Both the position numbers and the translations under genes were made by a program. The notes below the pieces were generated by a model that worked only from the letters and a program-made list of their open reading frames with translations, searched no databases and was not told the DNA's origin. This document shows positions 26,136-38,781 of a stretch of DNA of 64,000 nt, piece by piece. The stretch's first letter is position 1. Each line of letters starts with the position of its first letter. This stretch comes from an uncultured virus (IMG/VR IMGVR_UViG_3300008117_000020) (Duplodnaviria; Heunggongvirae; Uroviricota; Caudoviricetes), in IMG/VR virus record IMGVR_UViG_3300008117_000020; one strand, written 5' to 3'.

Positions 26136-27134
26136 CTAAGCTTTTTGTCCGACAACTTGGATCTCATCTTTTACTTGATTGAATAACACTTCATTCTCTT
26201 TTAGCTGACTTAGTGCATTTTCTCTACCTTGGGCAAATAGTTCACCGTGATAGTAGATCCATGCGCCTTTCTGCGTAAACAGACCTTCTTCAATTGCGAC
26301 GTCAAGAACGCAGCCGTATTCATCGATACCTTTACCGTACATGATGTTAAATTCTGTGATCTTCATTGGGGGTGCCATTTTGTTTTTGATAATTTTAGCT
26401 TTAGATACAATTCCTACTGCATTGCCAGCTTTATCTTTGATATCTTCTTTCTTTCTGATATCAATACGAACAGATGCGGCGTACTTCAGTGCCATACCAC
26501 CAGGAGTTGTTTCTGGATTACCAAACATAATGCCAATCTTATTTCTTAATTGATTGATAAAGATAATGAGAGTCTTATGCTGATTTGCTAGCCCAACTAG
26601 TTTACGCATGGCTTTTGCCATCATACGTGCCTGCAAGCCCATCTGCTGAGATTCCATTTCTCCTTCAAGCTCTGCTTTAGGAATCAGGGAAGCAACTGAG
26701 TCAATGACTATAACTCCAAGCTCCCCAGTTCTAATAAGCTTATCTACGATTTCTAAAGCTTGTTCGCCATAATCAGGTTGAGCAAGGAGTAAATCATCGA
26801 GATCAATTCCAACAGCTTTCATATACACTGGGTCTAATGCATGCTCTGCATCAACATATGCACAACGAATGCCAGCTTTTTGTGCTTGTGCAACGACTGA
26901 AAGAGCAAGTGTTGACTTGCCCGAAGATTCTGGGCCATAAATCTCTACGACTCTACCCTTAGGTAGTCCTCCAATTCCAAGGATTCTATCTAATGACATT
27001 GCACCAGTTGGAATAGCTGGCCAAGACTCAAATTCAGATGAGCCTAGTCTCATAACTGATCCTGAGCCAAATTGTTTTTCGATCTGCGCAATTGCTAATT
27101 CTAATTGCTTAGACTCGTTGGTAGTTTCTTTCAT
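26136..27134 (-). CDS. recA: RecA recombinase
   Basis: GGLPKGRVVEIYGPESSGKST, IVIDSVASLIPKAELEG, FGNPETTPGG. Confidence 0.97.
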   Translation of the reverse strand: MKETTNESKQLELAIAQIEKQFGSGSVMRLGSSEFESWPAIPTGAMSLDRILGIGGLPKGRVVEIYGPESSGKSTLALSVVAQAQKAGIRCAYVDAEHALDPVYMKAVGIDLDDLLLAQPDYGEQALEIVDKLIRTGELGVIVIDSVASLIPKAELEGEMESQQMGLQARMMAKAMRKLVGLANQHKTLIIFINQLRNKIGIMFGNPETTPGGMALKYAASVRIDIRKKEDIKDKAGNAVGIVSKAKIIKNKMAPPMKITEFNIMYGKGIDEYGCVLDVAIEEGLFTQKGAWIYYHGELFAQGRENALSQLKENEVLFNQVKDEIQVVGQKA

Positions 27135-27352
27135 TGAGAATCTTTCTGTGAATGGTTTGCATCCATTTTATCACATTCGAACTGTTGAGTTATGGCTTTT
27201 ATCTTTTCGACAATTTTGTCAGCCATTTCTTTCATTTCTATTCTAGTTTTATAATCTGCACCTAATGCAGCAGCGCGAACTCTATCTAATAGTGAGTACA
27301 GTTTTTTTAATTCGTTTTGCGACGATGAATATTTAGTTGACATGCGATACAT
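27131..27352 (-). CDS. Hypothetical protein
   Basis: Stop overlaps the recA start. Confidence 0.55.
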   Translation of the reverse strand: MYRMSTKYSSSQNELKKLYSLLDRVRAAALGADYKTRIEMKEMADKIVEKIKAITQQFECDKMDANHSQKDSQ

Positions 27353-27763
27353 CTTCTTCCAATCTTCTTAAATGATATAATAGAGTCAGCAATTATACAC
27401 TAAGGAACGAAAATGAAAAAGCGAACAAACAGCCAAATTGATGCAAACCCAGATTATTTAAGAGCAAAACTTTTATTAAAGAATAAGATTCATACACCAT
27501 TTGATTTAATAATCTTTTGGTCATTCTCCGGCCCATGTAGAGAGCCCCATCCTTCGATAGAAGATATTTGCGAGTAATCTTGTTGCGCAACTTGACACGT
27601 ATGCTATACTGGGTATTAGAAGACCTAGATAGCATATGTGTATACAGTTGTAGAAACGTACAAGGCAACTATAAAAAAATACGTTTCCCCAGATACAGTA
27701 TCCTTAGTTAACACTTTTTTTTAAGTTACTATTTAATTAATCTTAAGAAGATGTAGGTTGTGT

Positions 27764-29255
27764 ATGAGGATATATCAAATTTTTGTTCCAGAACTTGGAA
27801 CCTTTGTAAAATACAAAGTTCTTGAGCAAGAAGAAATTAAAGACTTTATAGAAGGAATCTCTCTAGATAGGGAGCTGTTAAGCGAACAAGAATATTTCTT
27901 TTCTTTAAGAAAGATAATATTAGAGAATTTTATTTTTAACTTAAAAAGTGATGTGTCAGAATCTTTGCGAGAAATGTCACGCAAGTCAGCTGAAGCATGT
28001 CTAAATGCTCTATATTCACGGAGCAATTATGCTCAATCCGTCTTTGGATGTTGATACATGGATTAACATTTCTTACTCTACTGGCTCAAAAGACCTATCT
28101 AGTAGCGATTCAATAGATGATGAGCTGGCAGAAGACTTTTTGAAAGCTATTAAAAAAGCTTCAAAACAATCTAAGTCTCCAAAATTTGACGAAGATGACT
28201 TTCCATTTTTACAAGCAAAAACAACAAAGAAAACTACAAAAACAAAAGGCATTTCTAAACAAAAGTTTTTAGGACTGGAAAATCATCTCAAGTCATGCCT
28301 AATAGGCCAGGACCAAGCAGTTGACGTTATAGTCAATGCTCTAAAGAGATCACAAGTTGGTTTAGGTGATGCAGATAGACCTATAGGTGTGTTTTTATTT
28401 GCAGGATCCTCTGGAGTTGGTAAAACGCATTTAGCCAATTCTCTTCATAGATATTTATTTGGCTCAGATAATCCGATGGTTAGAATTGACTGTGGAGAGT
28501 TTCAGCACAAGCACGAAAATCAAAAGTTAATTGGATCACCGCCTGGATATGTGGGGCACGATGAAGGTGGTCAGTTAGTTAACTTGGTTAAACAAAATCC
28601 AAACACAGTTGTGCTCTTGGACGAAGTAGAAAAAGCTCACCCAGACCTTTGGAATACTTTTTTAAGAGTTTTTGATGACGGAATTTTGACCGATGCCAAA
28701 GGCGAAGTAGTAGATTTTAGAAATACAATTATAATAATGACAACAAACCTTGGTAACGATAAAACGGCAGAGCATTTGCTAGCTGGTGGAGCAGGTTTTA
28801 CTAAAGATGTTAATTATAAAACAAAAACAAAAGTTGTTCCAGATAAAAGTATCATTGAAAGAAATACGAACGATGCAATTAAAAAACACTTTAAGCCAGA
28901 GTTTTTAAACAGAATTGATAAAATAGTTATTTTTAATTATCTATCAGAAAAAGACTGTCAAAAAATAGCAAGATTAGAGATGTCTGTTGTTATTGATAAA
29001 TTATCAAAAAAAGGCTATCAAGTTGAATATAGTGATAGCGTAATTAACGCTCTAATAGAAAAAGGGATTGATAGCATCAAAGGTGCCAGGGGTTTGTCTC
29101 AGGTTAGAAGAGATCAAATTGAAACAAGAATAGCAGATACTTTGATTGACGCTGCAATCCCAAGAGGAACAACATTCCATATTGATTATGAAGAAGATTC
29201 TTTTAAATTTAATGTTCAAAAACCAAAGAAAGAATTAGAACTACCTAAAAATTAG
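27764..29255 (+). CDS. ClpA/B/C-type single-AAA ATPase; N-terminal part joined by a +1 shift at CGG 28019
   Basis: LIGQDQAV, FLFAGSSGVGKT, KLIGSPPGYVG, VLLDEVEKAHPD, FKPEFLNRID, GAR. Confidence 0.9.
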
Positions 29256-29299
29256 GTATTACTATTTTAAATATAAAACTTTACAAAAAGGACACAATC

Positions 29300-29536
29300 A
29301 TGGCAAGAGCTAGCGCAAGTAGGTTGGCAAGTGGTGCTAAGTCAATGGCTTCTAGAGTCGCGGGATCAAAAACCGGCAAATCTATAGGAGCTTATGCATC
29401 GGCAAAACCAAAAAGAGCAGCAGCAATTGGCTATATGGGCGCAGCAGGAGTGGGCGGATTAATGAAAAGGCGAGGCCCTGGAGTGAGCAAAAAATTTGCT
29501 AATGGCAAAAGATCAACATCAATTTATAAATATTAA
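29300..29536 (+). CDS. Small basic Gly/Ala-rich protein, possible virion internal protein
   Basis: K/R-rich with a short hydrophobic segment. Confidence 0.65.
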   Translation: MARASASRLASGAKSMASRVAGSKTGKSIGAYASAKPKRAAAIGYMGAAGVGGLMKRRGPGVSKKFANGKRSTSIYKY

Positions 29537-29547
29537 GGAATATTTTT

Positions 29548-29877
29548 ATGAACCCTTTTATGCAAACGGTAGCAAAAGCTCTAAGAATGGACAGTAGTAG
29601 AGCTGCCACATATTTAGGTAAAGGTTCTAAGAACGCAGCAAGAATAAACGCCAAAGCAGGAGAGGCTGCCACAGAAGCTGCAAGATTAGGAATGACTGGA
29701 GATAAGGTTGCAGCTCACAATATTGCCATTAGAAAAAGGCAAATGCAACTAGGAATGAGATACGGCATGACTGGTGCCGGCGTTGCTGCGCTAGGAACTC
29801 AAGGAAAAAATAGATCATCATATAGACCACCAAGACCAATGACCCAAACTCCTGGAGGATCAGGAAGATTTGCGTAA
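29548..29877 (+). CDS. Small basic Gly/Ala-rich protein
   Basis: AAGGA RBS; composition like 29300..29536. Confidence 0.65.
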   Translation: MNPFMQTVAKALRMDSSRAATYLGKGSKNAARINAKAGEAATEAARLGMTGDKVAAHNIAIRKRQMQLGMRYGMTGAGVAALGTQGKNRSSYRPPRPMTQTPGGSGRFA

Positions 29878-29897
29878 AATAGAAAGTGTGATATGTA

Positions 29898-30308
29898 ATG
29901 AATGACTGGAAAAATTTTATTAATGAAAATGGGGACTTTGAGCTCCCCAATTTTTTATATAAAACAATAACAGATTTAATGAAACAATCTTTGGATATGG
30001 GAACGCTACTTTCTTCTGATCAACACAAATTAAGAGCTTACAAAGAGCAGACTAAAAAAATGTTTAAAGGAAGATGGTACGAGATAGCTAAAGCTCTTGA
30101 ATATTTTGGGATCATAGATCCATGTCTATGCGCCGTTGATGATAGAGAGGTTTACTGTGAGGTATGTAAAGGTGCAAGATATATCATTAGCTCAACTCTT
30201 ACAGCAGATGAGATGAGAGAAGTTGGACTATTTACAAACGCAGGAACAAGTATAGATATTATTGAAAAACTTCAAAAAAGTTTAAACGAAATAATACTAG
30301 AAGGATAA
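29898..30308 (+). CDS. Hypothetical Zn-binding protein
   Basis: CLC...CEVCKG. Confidence 0.75.
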   Translation: MNDWKNFINENGDFELPNFLYKTITDLMKQSLDMGTLLSSDQHKLRAYKEQTKKMFKGRWYEIAKALEYFGIIDPCLCAVDDREVYCEVCKGARYIISSTLTADEMREVGLFTNAGTSIDIIEKLQKSLNEIILEG

Positions 30309-30312
30309 ATTC

Positions 30313-30486
30313 TTGAACTGTCCAAGGTGCTCTCACAAGCTTCAAAATGTGATTGAGTATTTTGAGGAAGAACCAAAATTTAAGTATACAAAAGAATTTT
30401 ATTGCACTAAGTGCAAAAGTTCAACAATAGAACACTTTGACGAACAAGGATTGTTCTCATCAGAATGGATTGATTTTAATGTCTAA
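30313..30486 (+). CDS. Small zinc-ribbon protein
   Basis: Own translation from TTG: MNCPRC...YCTKC...; AAGGA RBS. Confidence 0.6.
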   Translation: MNCPRCSHKLQNVIEYFEEEPKFKYTKEFYCTKCKSSTIEHFDEQGLFSSEWIDFNV

Positions 30487-31198
30487 TTTAGAAAAGTCAG
30501 AAGACAAAAACTCTTTTATGAAAAGCTTTGAATCTCTAAGGCCTGATTTGTTTTTTCCAGAAACATGGACAGAGGAAGACAAAGAAAAGGCAATAGATTT
30601 AGTAAGGCCACAAAAAACAAGAAACTCAATGTTTTCTTCTATACCAATGAACTGCGAAGCAGACAAGTGCATATTCGCTTCGACATGCCCTCTGCTAAAA
30701 GAGAATCTTGCCCCAAGAAATAATCCATGTCCAATTGAGATGTCAATGGTTTCTCAATTTACTGCAGAATATATGCAACAGCTTGATGTGAACCCAAATA
30801 ATTTAGTAGAAGTTTCCATGGTTAGAGATTTAGTTGATCAAGAAATCCAATACATGAGAAAAACAAAACTACTTGCAAAAGAACACTTCATTCAAGAAAA
30901 TGTAATTGGAGTAGATCAAGATGGTCAACCAATTTTGAAAAAAGAATTACACTTAGCTGTTGAGTTAGAAGATAAGCTTCACAAAAGAAGAAAAGATTTA
31001 CGTAATCAACTTCTTGCGACAAGAGAAGCAAGAGCTAAAGTTGGTCAAGTGCAATTAGATACCGCTCAGGCAATATCTGAAATTATTGATAAAGTTCAGG
31101 CAATAGAAAATCAAAGAGATAAGCTACTTAAGCAAAAGCTTGGAACTTATGAAGTTGATGATTATATTGAGGCTCAAACGGTGTCTGAAGATGGCTAA
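30479..31198 (+). CDS. Cys-cluster/coiled-coil protein, possible terminase small subunit
   Basis: C-x4-C...CP...CP then long helices; upstream of packaging genes; function inferred. Confidence 0.5.
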   Translation: MSNLEKSEDKNSFMKSFESLRPDLFFPETWTEEDKEKAIDLVRPQKTRNSMFSSIPMNCEADKCIFASTCPLLKENLAPRNNPCPIEMSMVSQFTAEYMQQLDVNPNNLVEVSMVRDLVDQEIQYMRKTKLLAKEHFIQENVIGVDQDGQPILKKELHLAVELEDKLHKRRKDLRNQLLATREARAKVGQVQLDTAQAISEIIDKVQAIENQRDKLLKQKLGTYEVDDYIEAQTVSEDG

Positions 31199-34100
31199 CC
31201 TATTTGATATTCATGCAAAAGGATTGTTGCGCCCCTTAATGGGTACAACACGTGGTGGCATAAAAATTGAAAAAGAACAAGATGTAGCCGAACTTATTGC
31301 CAGGAACATGGATAGACCAGTTTCTGCAGGAACAAGACTGACAAATATATGGGGAACTCCAGACAAATTCTTATCAGACTATAGAAACTTTAATAATCTT
31401 TATCAGCAAATGATAGAGGAAGAATTAGCTAATACACGGAATAAGTGAAGCAAAAAGAAGAATATTAAAAGTTCATCAAGTTGCACCGTCAATAAATTTA
31501 AATGTTTTAAGTTATAAAAATAGAGAATTTCTAAAAAAAACATTTAGAGGAGAGGATCTGTTAAATATTGAGGGTTTATTTTCACAATTTGGTGCTCCAG
31601 GTTTTCTTTATCCATCTGAAAACCAATATAGATTGAGTGGAAAGGTGTTAACAGACAAAAGTCTTGGGAGCCATCCATTTTTAAGTTTATTGGAGACTCT
31701 AAACTTTAGTATTGATCCCTTTGCTGCTTCGCTACAAGGGGTTGATGTTGGATATTCTAACCTTCCTAGTTTTGAAGCTTTAGATTCGATGTACAAACAA
31801 GGAACCAATCTATCAGATCTGATGCAAAAGATAAGATCATCAGGAAGCGCAAAAATGATGATATACGACGTAGAAACTTCTGGTCTTGGTGTTTTTTCTG
31901 CGGTAAGAAACTTGGGCGCAATATCAGTTGACGCAACACTCGATGCCTCCGGAAAAATGGTTTTTGGAACAGCAGATGTTGTTACCAGCATGCACACTGC
32001 TCTGCCAGAAATGATGGATCTTAATGTTGCAAAAAGAGTTATAGGAGGACCCGATCAAAAAGTTAACTACGCACAATTTGCTTTTGAAAACGAAAGATCA
32101 AGCATCGCAGATGAATTATTTGACCTTTCTACAAAAGAAGGAAGAACAAAAGCATCAGAAGCATATAAAGATTTTTTTAGAAAAGCATTGGATCGTGATT
32201 ATATAGTTGGCCATAATGTGCAGTTTGATATTCAAAAAGTTTTGATGTCAGCAGGCCTTATAGATGAATTTGCTAGCGACAAAGAGGCTATGAAGTTAAT
32301 GGCAGATTTTGCGCAGATGATAAAAGACGGAAAAGTAATTAACACGGTTGATATTTTAAGGTCAAGCCAAATGGAGCAAGCTCTTCAAGCAGCAAGAGCA
32401 GCAGGCTTGACTGGAGTAGACGGTCAAAAATTTGCACAACAGTTAATAAAAACAACATATAGCGATAAGGCTTTAGGAGCAATGGGTTTTAAAAATGTTG
32501 CTCCAGCATCTATTGAAAACGCCCTACTAAGTTCTAACTTAATAGACTTAATTGAAAGTTCTGGAAAAGAAGGATCAGATCTAATATCTGGCTTAGCAAC
32601 AGGAATGGGAACCCACACTTCAGAGACTGACTCAAGAATAACAGGATACATATTAAGATTTGTTCAAAGTGGAGATTTAAGATGGGGAGTTCCTAATACT
32701 AATCCAAGTGCACATAGGGTAGCGATCAACGCAATGAAATCAAGAGCTTATACTACTCTTACAAAGATGGTTGACACAGAAGGGTTAGCAACTACAACTC
32801 TCAGATATGTCCAATCAGATGAGGGCATTCAAGGAGTAAAACTATACGACGAAGTCAGAAATGAAACAATTTCATATAACAAAAGTAAAAAACAATGGAT
32901 GTCAGCAAGAGTTGCAACAGATGGGTCGACTGTAGAAACTGCACTAGGAGAAATGGCAACTAGAAATAGGGTTTTAACCGCAATAGATAACGCTGTTAAT
33001 AAAAGAGACACAGAATTAGTAGATTTGGGTGTTAGTTTCCAACAGCAATCAAGAGCCATCAGCATGCTAGACAATGTTAGCAACATAGCGAACAATATAT
33101 CAACCACTGCTGGAGGTGGAGCAAGAAGAATTAGAGATGTTGCATCCTTATTAGAAGCAGGGACTGATTCGGCGTTAGACAACGCTTTTTTAAGAGCTTT
33201 GGGATCTACTCAAGAAGAAATAGGTTTTAGTTTTTATTTAGATACACAAAATCTTCCACGAGAAATGGTTACAGCAATGAATAGTCAGAACGCAATTATT
33301 GGACAAGCTAGAAAAGCAGATTATGTTCAAAGGTTAGCAGAGGGCGGGCTTGCCAACTCAATGCTAGATCCTTCAATAAGAAGAGCTGCAGTTGAGGTTG
33401 CAAGAGCAACGAGTGCAATACCCTATGCGGATCCAAACGCTGCTAATAGTGAAAGTGTTATGTTGGCTAGAAAACAAATAATAAAAGGATTTACTGCAGA
33501 AGTTGCAGCAGGCACAATGCAGCGAGCAGAACTAGATCTAATCAATAATCTGTCAGACGCTGATTTTGCAGCCAGGTTTGCAACACAAGTTAGTACTTTT
33601 AATAGTCAAATGAAAAATGTTTCTAGAGCAGCCTCTGAACTTGGAGTTAGCTTTTTAAGGTCCCAAAAAGCTGTAGCAACATTTACAAAGACTGGTGGAA
33701 TGACAGTTACTGCAGCTCCAACAGAAATGCTAAAAAACATAGATGTAACAATAGATGGTAAGAAAGTAAAATTTTTGTCGGAAGAATTCTTACAAGATAG
33801 AAGATATAATAAATTTAATCTTTCTATAGCTCAAGATCAAGATAAAAAATTTGCCAACCTAATTTTGGATCAAAGTGTAATAGATGAAACGATGGCAAAA
33901 GAATTGGCAGAAGGATATCTTGACCAGATGCAGCAAGCATTAGATTTAAATGATGACCAAAAATTAATAGATGATGGAATGTTTAGTTCTCAAAGACAAA
34001 TAAACGAATACAGATCAAAACTAGCTGGAAAAGAAACTAGAGACCAGTTTGTTGAAGAGCTTACTCAGAACATGGAAGAAAGAGGAATTATCGTTGCGGG

Positions 34101-34830
34101 AGTCGGTGGACCAACTGGAGATATGACTAATGAGGGCTACAAGGCAGCAGCAGCACTTGAAACAATAATAACAGAAAGAGGAGAAGGAATAGGAAATCAA
34201 ACAATAGCAGCACAAGAAGGAATGCAATTTGAGATATCAAGAATTGATGGAGACCTGACTGAGATGCAAATAAGAATTCAAGATGAAGAAATAGGAATAA
34301 TAAAATCCGCTGATCCCGGAGTTGCAGACTATTTAGAAGATACAGGGGATACGGGCATGCGAGGAAGAGTGACGGCCCAAAGAGACGCTCTCATGACAAG
34401 GGCAGCTGAGGATTCTGGCTTTGCAAAAAGAGTAATAGATGAAGAAGGAAGAAGGGCTGGCAGACGAAAAGGGTTTTTGCATAAACTTCTTGGAAGATCA
34501 AGTAGAGATACCGAACTGATCGAGGCTTATCAAAAATTAAAACCAAAAATTGGTTATGGAGCTTTAGCTGTTGGAGTGCTTGGAGCTGGTTACTATATAA
34601 ATGAAAAAAGAAAAGAAAACAATTTATACGATGAAACAATTGAACAGCAACCTTATGAAAAAACAAATTTTGTTTCTGAGCAAAATTCAGGTTTTACTCA
34701 AATAAATTCTCCAATTTCATCAAGAAGAGATCCTTTGGCCACTGCTGGAGTTGTTGGCACTTTAGATAGAAATAAAATAGGTCACACACAAATGGGGCCA
34801 AATAAATATAATCATTTATACGGAAGATAA
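31191..34830 (+). CDS. Large protein with DEDDh (DnaQ-like) exonuclease motifs; joined by a +1 shift at CGG 31437
   Basis: IYDVETSGL, VGHNVQFDI, HTSETDS; +1 frame open from 31438 to 34830; hydrophobic segment near the C-terminus. Confidence 0.7.
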
Positions 34831-34832
34831 TT

Positions 34833-35447
34833 ATGGCTTTATTAGGAAAAATAGGCAAATTAGCAGGTGGAATGGCTAAAGGCGCAGGCAATAGTAAAGC
34901 CTTGGCTGCGACTGTTATTGGCGGGTCTTTTCTTGCAGGAATGGGAAGCAAGACAGGAGAAGCAGCAATTTCTGGAACTATGGATGTTGCTTTTGGGACC
35001 CCAGACGCAGACAACTACATGCTGGGAGGAAGGGACTTAACACCTTCTTTAGCTATGGGTGCATTAATGCCAGGGATTGCTGGAATGCCAGCAAGACTAA
35101 AAAACGCAGCTGATCTAGGAATGTATGGATATGGAAATACTGCAGCATTGGCTGCTGCACCTTTTACAGGAGCAGGAATGGGCATGGCTATTGGTGCAAT
35201 TGGTGGCCAAATAGCTAAAAGAGGTGGAGTTCCTCACATTGGAGGGATAAGAGGAGCTTTAGCAGGAGCAGTAGTTGGTGGAGCAGTAGGTTTTGCAGGA
35301 GCTGTACAAACAGCAACACAGCCATATAGAAATAACCCAAATTTATTTAGAAGCTCGCCATACTACAATACCTCTTTGTCAAACGCCGAAAGGCTGAATG
35401 CAAGTGGAGATATTGTTCTCGGAATGCACAACACGAGGAGGGGCTAA
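34833..35447 (+). CDS. Gly/Ala-rich hydrophobic protein, possible ejection protein
   Basis: Glycine-zipper-like segments. Confidence 0.7.
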   Translation: MALLGKIGKLAGGMAKGAGNSKALAATVIGGSFLAGMGSKTGEAAISGTMDVAFGTPDADNYMLGGRDLTPSLAMGALMPGIAGMPARLKNAADLGMYGYGNTAALAAAPFTGAGMGMAIGAIGGQIAKRGGVPHIGGIRGALAGAVVGGAVGFAGAVQTATQPYRNNPNLFRSSPYYNTSLSNAERLNASGDIVLGMHNTRRG

Positions 35448-36895
35448 TGCCACTTAATCCAATGACGGGTCAGTTTGAATATGGTGGAGGCTCTTACGAC
35501 ATGCCCACCATGGGCACTGGAATGGCTGCCAGTGGAATGGAAGCAATTGGGGCAGATGTTCCGTTCGCATTTAGGCTAATGGAGAACATGCCAGGCATTA
35601 CAGCTATGGCACTATTTAATGCAAGACGTTTTGCAAACACCATGGAAAAAGGTGGATATAGAGATGTTCTTGATAATGATTCCAAAGCTAAAACCAGACT
35701 AGGAAGAGGGGCACAAAGAAGAAGAGCTTTTAGAACTGGTGCATTTTTGCCAGATGCAACCGGAACACCAGTTGCTACAACAAGTAATAGAAGATTTTTG
35801 TTTGGATCAAGAAGAGATTTAACAGGTAAAACCCCGTTTATTAAGCAGTCTCTTGGAATAAACACTCCAAGGTTTAGGAACATAAATAGAGTTGCAAGCC
35901 TTAATCAGCTTAGTGGACTAGCTAATAGAGGAGCGTATACACCTTTCCAAGGAATGTCAATGCTCGACAGCGTTTTGAAAAAAAGGCAGTTCATGCAGGA
36001 CGCAAGAGCTGGCCTTGGAGTTTCAGATGATGTTGCAATGTTATCTGGTGGAGTCTTGGGTAGACTCACCACAATGGGTAGAACCTACAACGCAGAGTTG
36101 GCTCTTGCTAAAAACGCAGGTACAAAAAATCCATTAAAAAAATTATCCTCAAAAAGAGCTGAAAAAACTCTAAAAGGAATAGACAGATCTCTCACTGCTC
36201 TAGGTCAGGGCCCATTGGTTCCAAGAATTGGTACCGTATATGGTGCTCCAGTGCCAATGATGAAAGAGGCAACCATGACTCAGAGAATTGCACTAACTGC
36301 AGGAGGGATTCTTACAAAAAACTTTCTTGAAGATGTATCTACCCTACTGGATGGAGATTTGCTAGGAAAGGGAATAACTCCTAGGAATTTTGTAGGACAC
36401 AGTGTTGATTCTTTAGGAAGATATAGAACAATGTTTGAAAAAGCAATGGGTGGACCAGGCGCTGCAGTAGATGATGCAATGGCGGCTTTAGAAGGACTAG
36501 GTTCGAAAAGTGCTACTAGAACAGTACGCACAGCTGCTGGATCAGCTTTTAAGGCAGGAGAAAGAAAGATCGGAGCCAAACTCGCAGCAAGGTATGGAAT
36601 GGCACAAGCTTCAAAAGCAATGGGTCCAATAAATATAGTTGGTACAGCAGCTGTTGTCTATGACTTAGGAAAAATGGCAGCAAGTGGAATTGTTTCAGCT
36701 GGAAACTTCGCTAAAGAAGCTGTAAAATCTATGCAAGGATCTATGAGAAAACCATTGTTTGGAATGGGTTATCAAGATAACGAAGTTGCAGCAACATCGA
36801 GATCAAGAGGCGTTATGGCTATACAAAACTCAAGATTAAACGCAAGATCAATGTTAGGTGCAGAAGCTGGAATGATGGCAGCGCATTTTGGATAA
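35447..36895 (+). CDS. Basic Gly/Ala-rich protein, possible ejection protein
   Basis: 482 aa; TAATG coupling. Confidence 0.7.
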   Translation: MPLNPMTGQFEYGGGSYDMPTMGTGMAASGMEAIGADVPFAFRLMENMPGITAMALFNARRFANTMEKGGYRDVLDNDSKAKTRLGRGAQRRRAFRTGAFLPDATGTPVATTSNRRFLFGSRRDLTGKTPFIKQSLGINTPRFRNINRVASLNQLSGLANRGAYTPFQGMSMLDSVLKKRQFMQDARAGLGVSDDVAMLSGGVLGRLTTMGRTYNAELALAKNAGTKNPLKKLSSKRAEKTLKGIDRSLTALGQGPLVPRIGTVYGAPVPMMKEATMTQRIALTAGGILTKNFLEDVSTLLDGDLLGKGITPRNFVGHSVDSLGRYRTMFEKAMGGPGAAVDDAMAALEGLGSKSATRTVRTAAGSAFKAGERKIGAKLAARYGMAQASKAMGPINIVGTAAVVYDLGKMAASGIVSAGNFAKEAVKSMQGSMRKPLFGMGYQDNEVAATSRSRGVMAIQNSRLNARSMLGAEAGMMAAHFG

Positions 36896-36897
36896 AT

Positions 36898-38776
36898 ATG
36901 TCGAATACAATAAAAAATAAAACAATTAAATTTAGAAAAGCTTTAGAAAATTTATCTAGAGAAGATCTTTTAGAGATTATAAAACTACAAGACGTAGATA
37001 CAGTTAAAGAGATCAATAGAATTGAATGGGTGTTTCAAAATAAATTAAAGCACTTAAATTGGGCTGATGGATCTACTGTTACAGAAAGAACTTTGACAAA
37101 TAGGGAATTAGCCCTATTAATAGACGAACCTTTTGAAGTAGATTATGAATTAGTTGATGTTCGGCATAACAGCAGAACAGCAAAGGCAGCTTCATTTAGC
37201 TAAAGACCCATGTGTATGGGCTAGAGAATTTTTAGACGCAAGGACTCGCGTTTATCAAACATTAATTTTGCGTGACCCATCTCTAAGAAAAGTACTAAGA
37301 GCTGGTCGTCGTCTTGGAAAAACTTTTAGTATGGCAATCTATTTGCTCCACTATAGTTATACACATAAAGATGGAAGATGTTTGGTGATTGCACCAATGA
37401 AATCTCACGTTGAACTTATTTATCAAGAGATAGTTAGATTGGCATCCAAAAATGAAATAGTGCTTAACTCAATTACGCGCAAAGTGACGTCTCCTCAGTT
37501 TATGATTCAGTTCTCTAATGGATCAACAATTAGGTTCTTTACTTCTGGTATGAGATCAGGCGGAAAATCAGACGTAGCTAGAGGTCAGGAAGCACATGTT
37601 ATTGTCCTTGACGAAATGGACTACATGCACGCCGACGATCTTGACGCACTATATGCAATGCTTCAGAAAACCGCAGAAGATCAACCAGATAAAGTTTTGA
37701 TTGGAGCGTCAACCCCAACAGGTAGAAGAGAAAGATTTTGGGAGTGGTGCAGAAGTCCAAGGTTTAAAGAGTTTTGGTTTCCTTCATATTGCAATCCTTA
37801 TTTTTCTAAAGAACAAGAAGATGAATTTAGAGAACAATACTCAGAAGTTGGTTATCGTCATGAAATTGAGGCTGACTGGGGCGAAGACGCAGAAGGTGTG
37901 TATCCAAGGAAATTTATAGATTTAGCATTTATGGATCCTGGTTGGAGATACGAGCCAGAAATGCAATCAGCAAGAAGTTTTTTTACAATTGGCGTTGACT
38001 GGGATAAGTATGGAGCAGGAACAAATATAGTTGTTCTTGAAGTCTGTGCACATAATTATGAAGACGAAAGATTTAGAAACAAAGTAAGAGTTGCATTCAG
38101 AGAAGAAATAGAAAGATCAGAATATACTTTAACAAAAGCAGTTTCTAGAATAGTTGAATTAAATGATATATTTCAGCCAAAGCATATTTATGTTGACAGA
38201 GGTTATGGAGAAGTTCAAGTTGAGCTTCTTCATAAATACGGTGTAGAAAATCCAATATCTGGATTAAAAACAAAAGTAAAAGGAATTAGCTTTAGCGAAA
38301 CAATTGATATACGCGATCCTTATACTAAACAGCTTGTTAAAAAAGAGATTAAGCCATACATGGTCGATAACCTTAGACAGTATTTGGAAAAGGAAACTAT
38401 TCTATTTCCAGCAGAAGATGACGAACTATATGTTCAATTAATATCTTATATAGTTTTAAGAACCACTCAAACTGGAAGGCCAGTTTTTGAAGCTGGTGGC
38501 TCTGCAGTGGATCACGCACACGATGCACTTGTGCTAGCTTTACTGTCTATAACAGAAAATTATAGCGATCTACACAAAGCACGCTTTGCTTCAAATACTG
38601 AAACATTTTCTAACACGTTCTTTATGCCAAAGCAGGGCCAATCAGAAGATGGTGAGACAGAAAATAGTTCAAGATTTGTGTCGGGAAGAAATTCAAATCT
38701 TGTGAAGAATAAAGTAAGCTATAATAGAGGGTTCTCAAGAAAAAGTGGATCTTCAATTAAAAGAAAGATATTTTAA
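36898..38776 (+). CDS. terL: Terminase large subunit; N-terminus joined by a +1 shift at CGG 37162
   Basis: AGRRLGKT Walker A, VIVLDEMD Walker B, ASTP motif, IGVDW and DHAHDA nuclease motifs. Confidence 0.92.
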
Positions 38777-38781
38777 TTATT

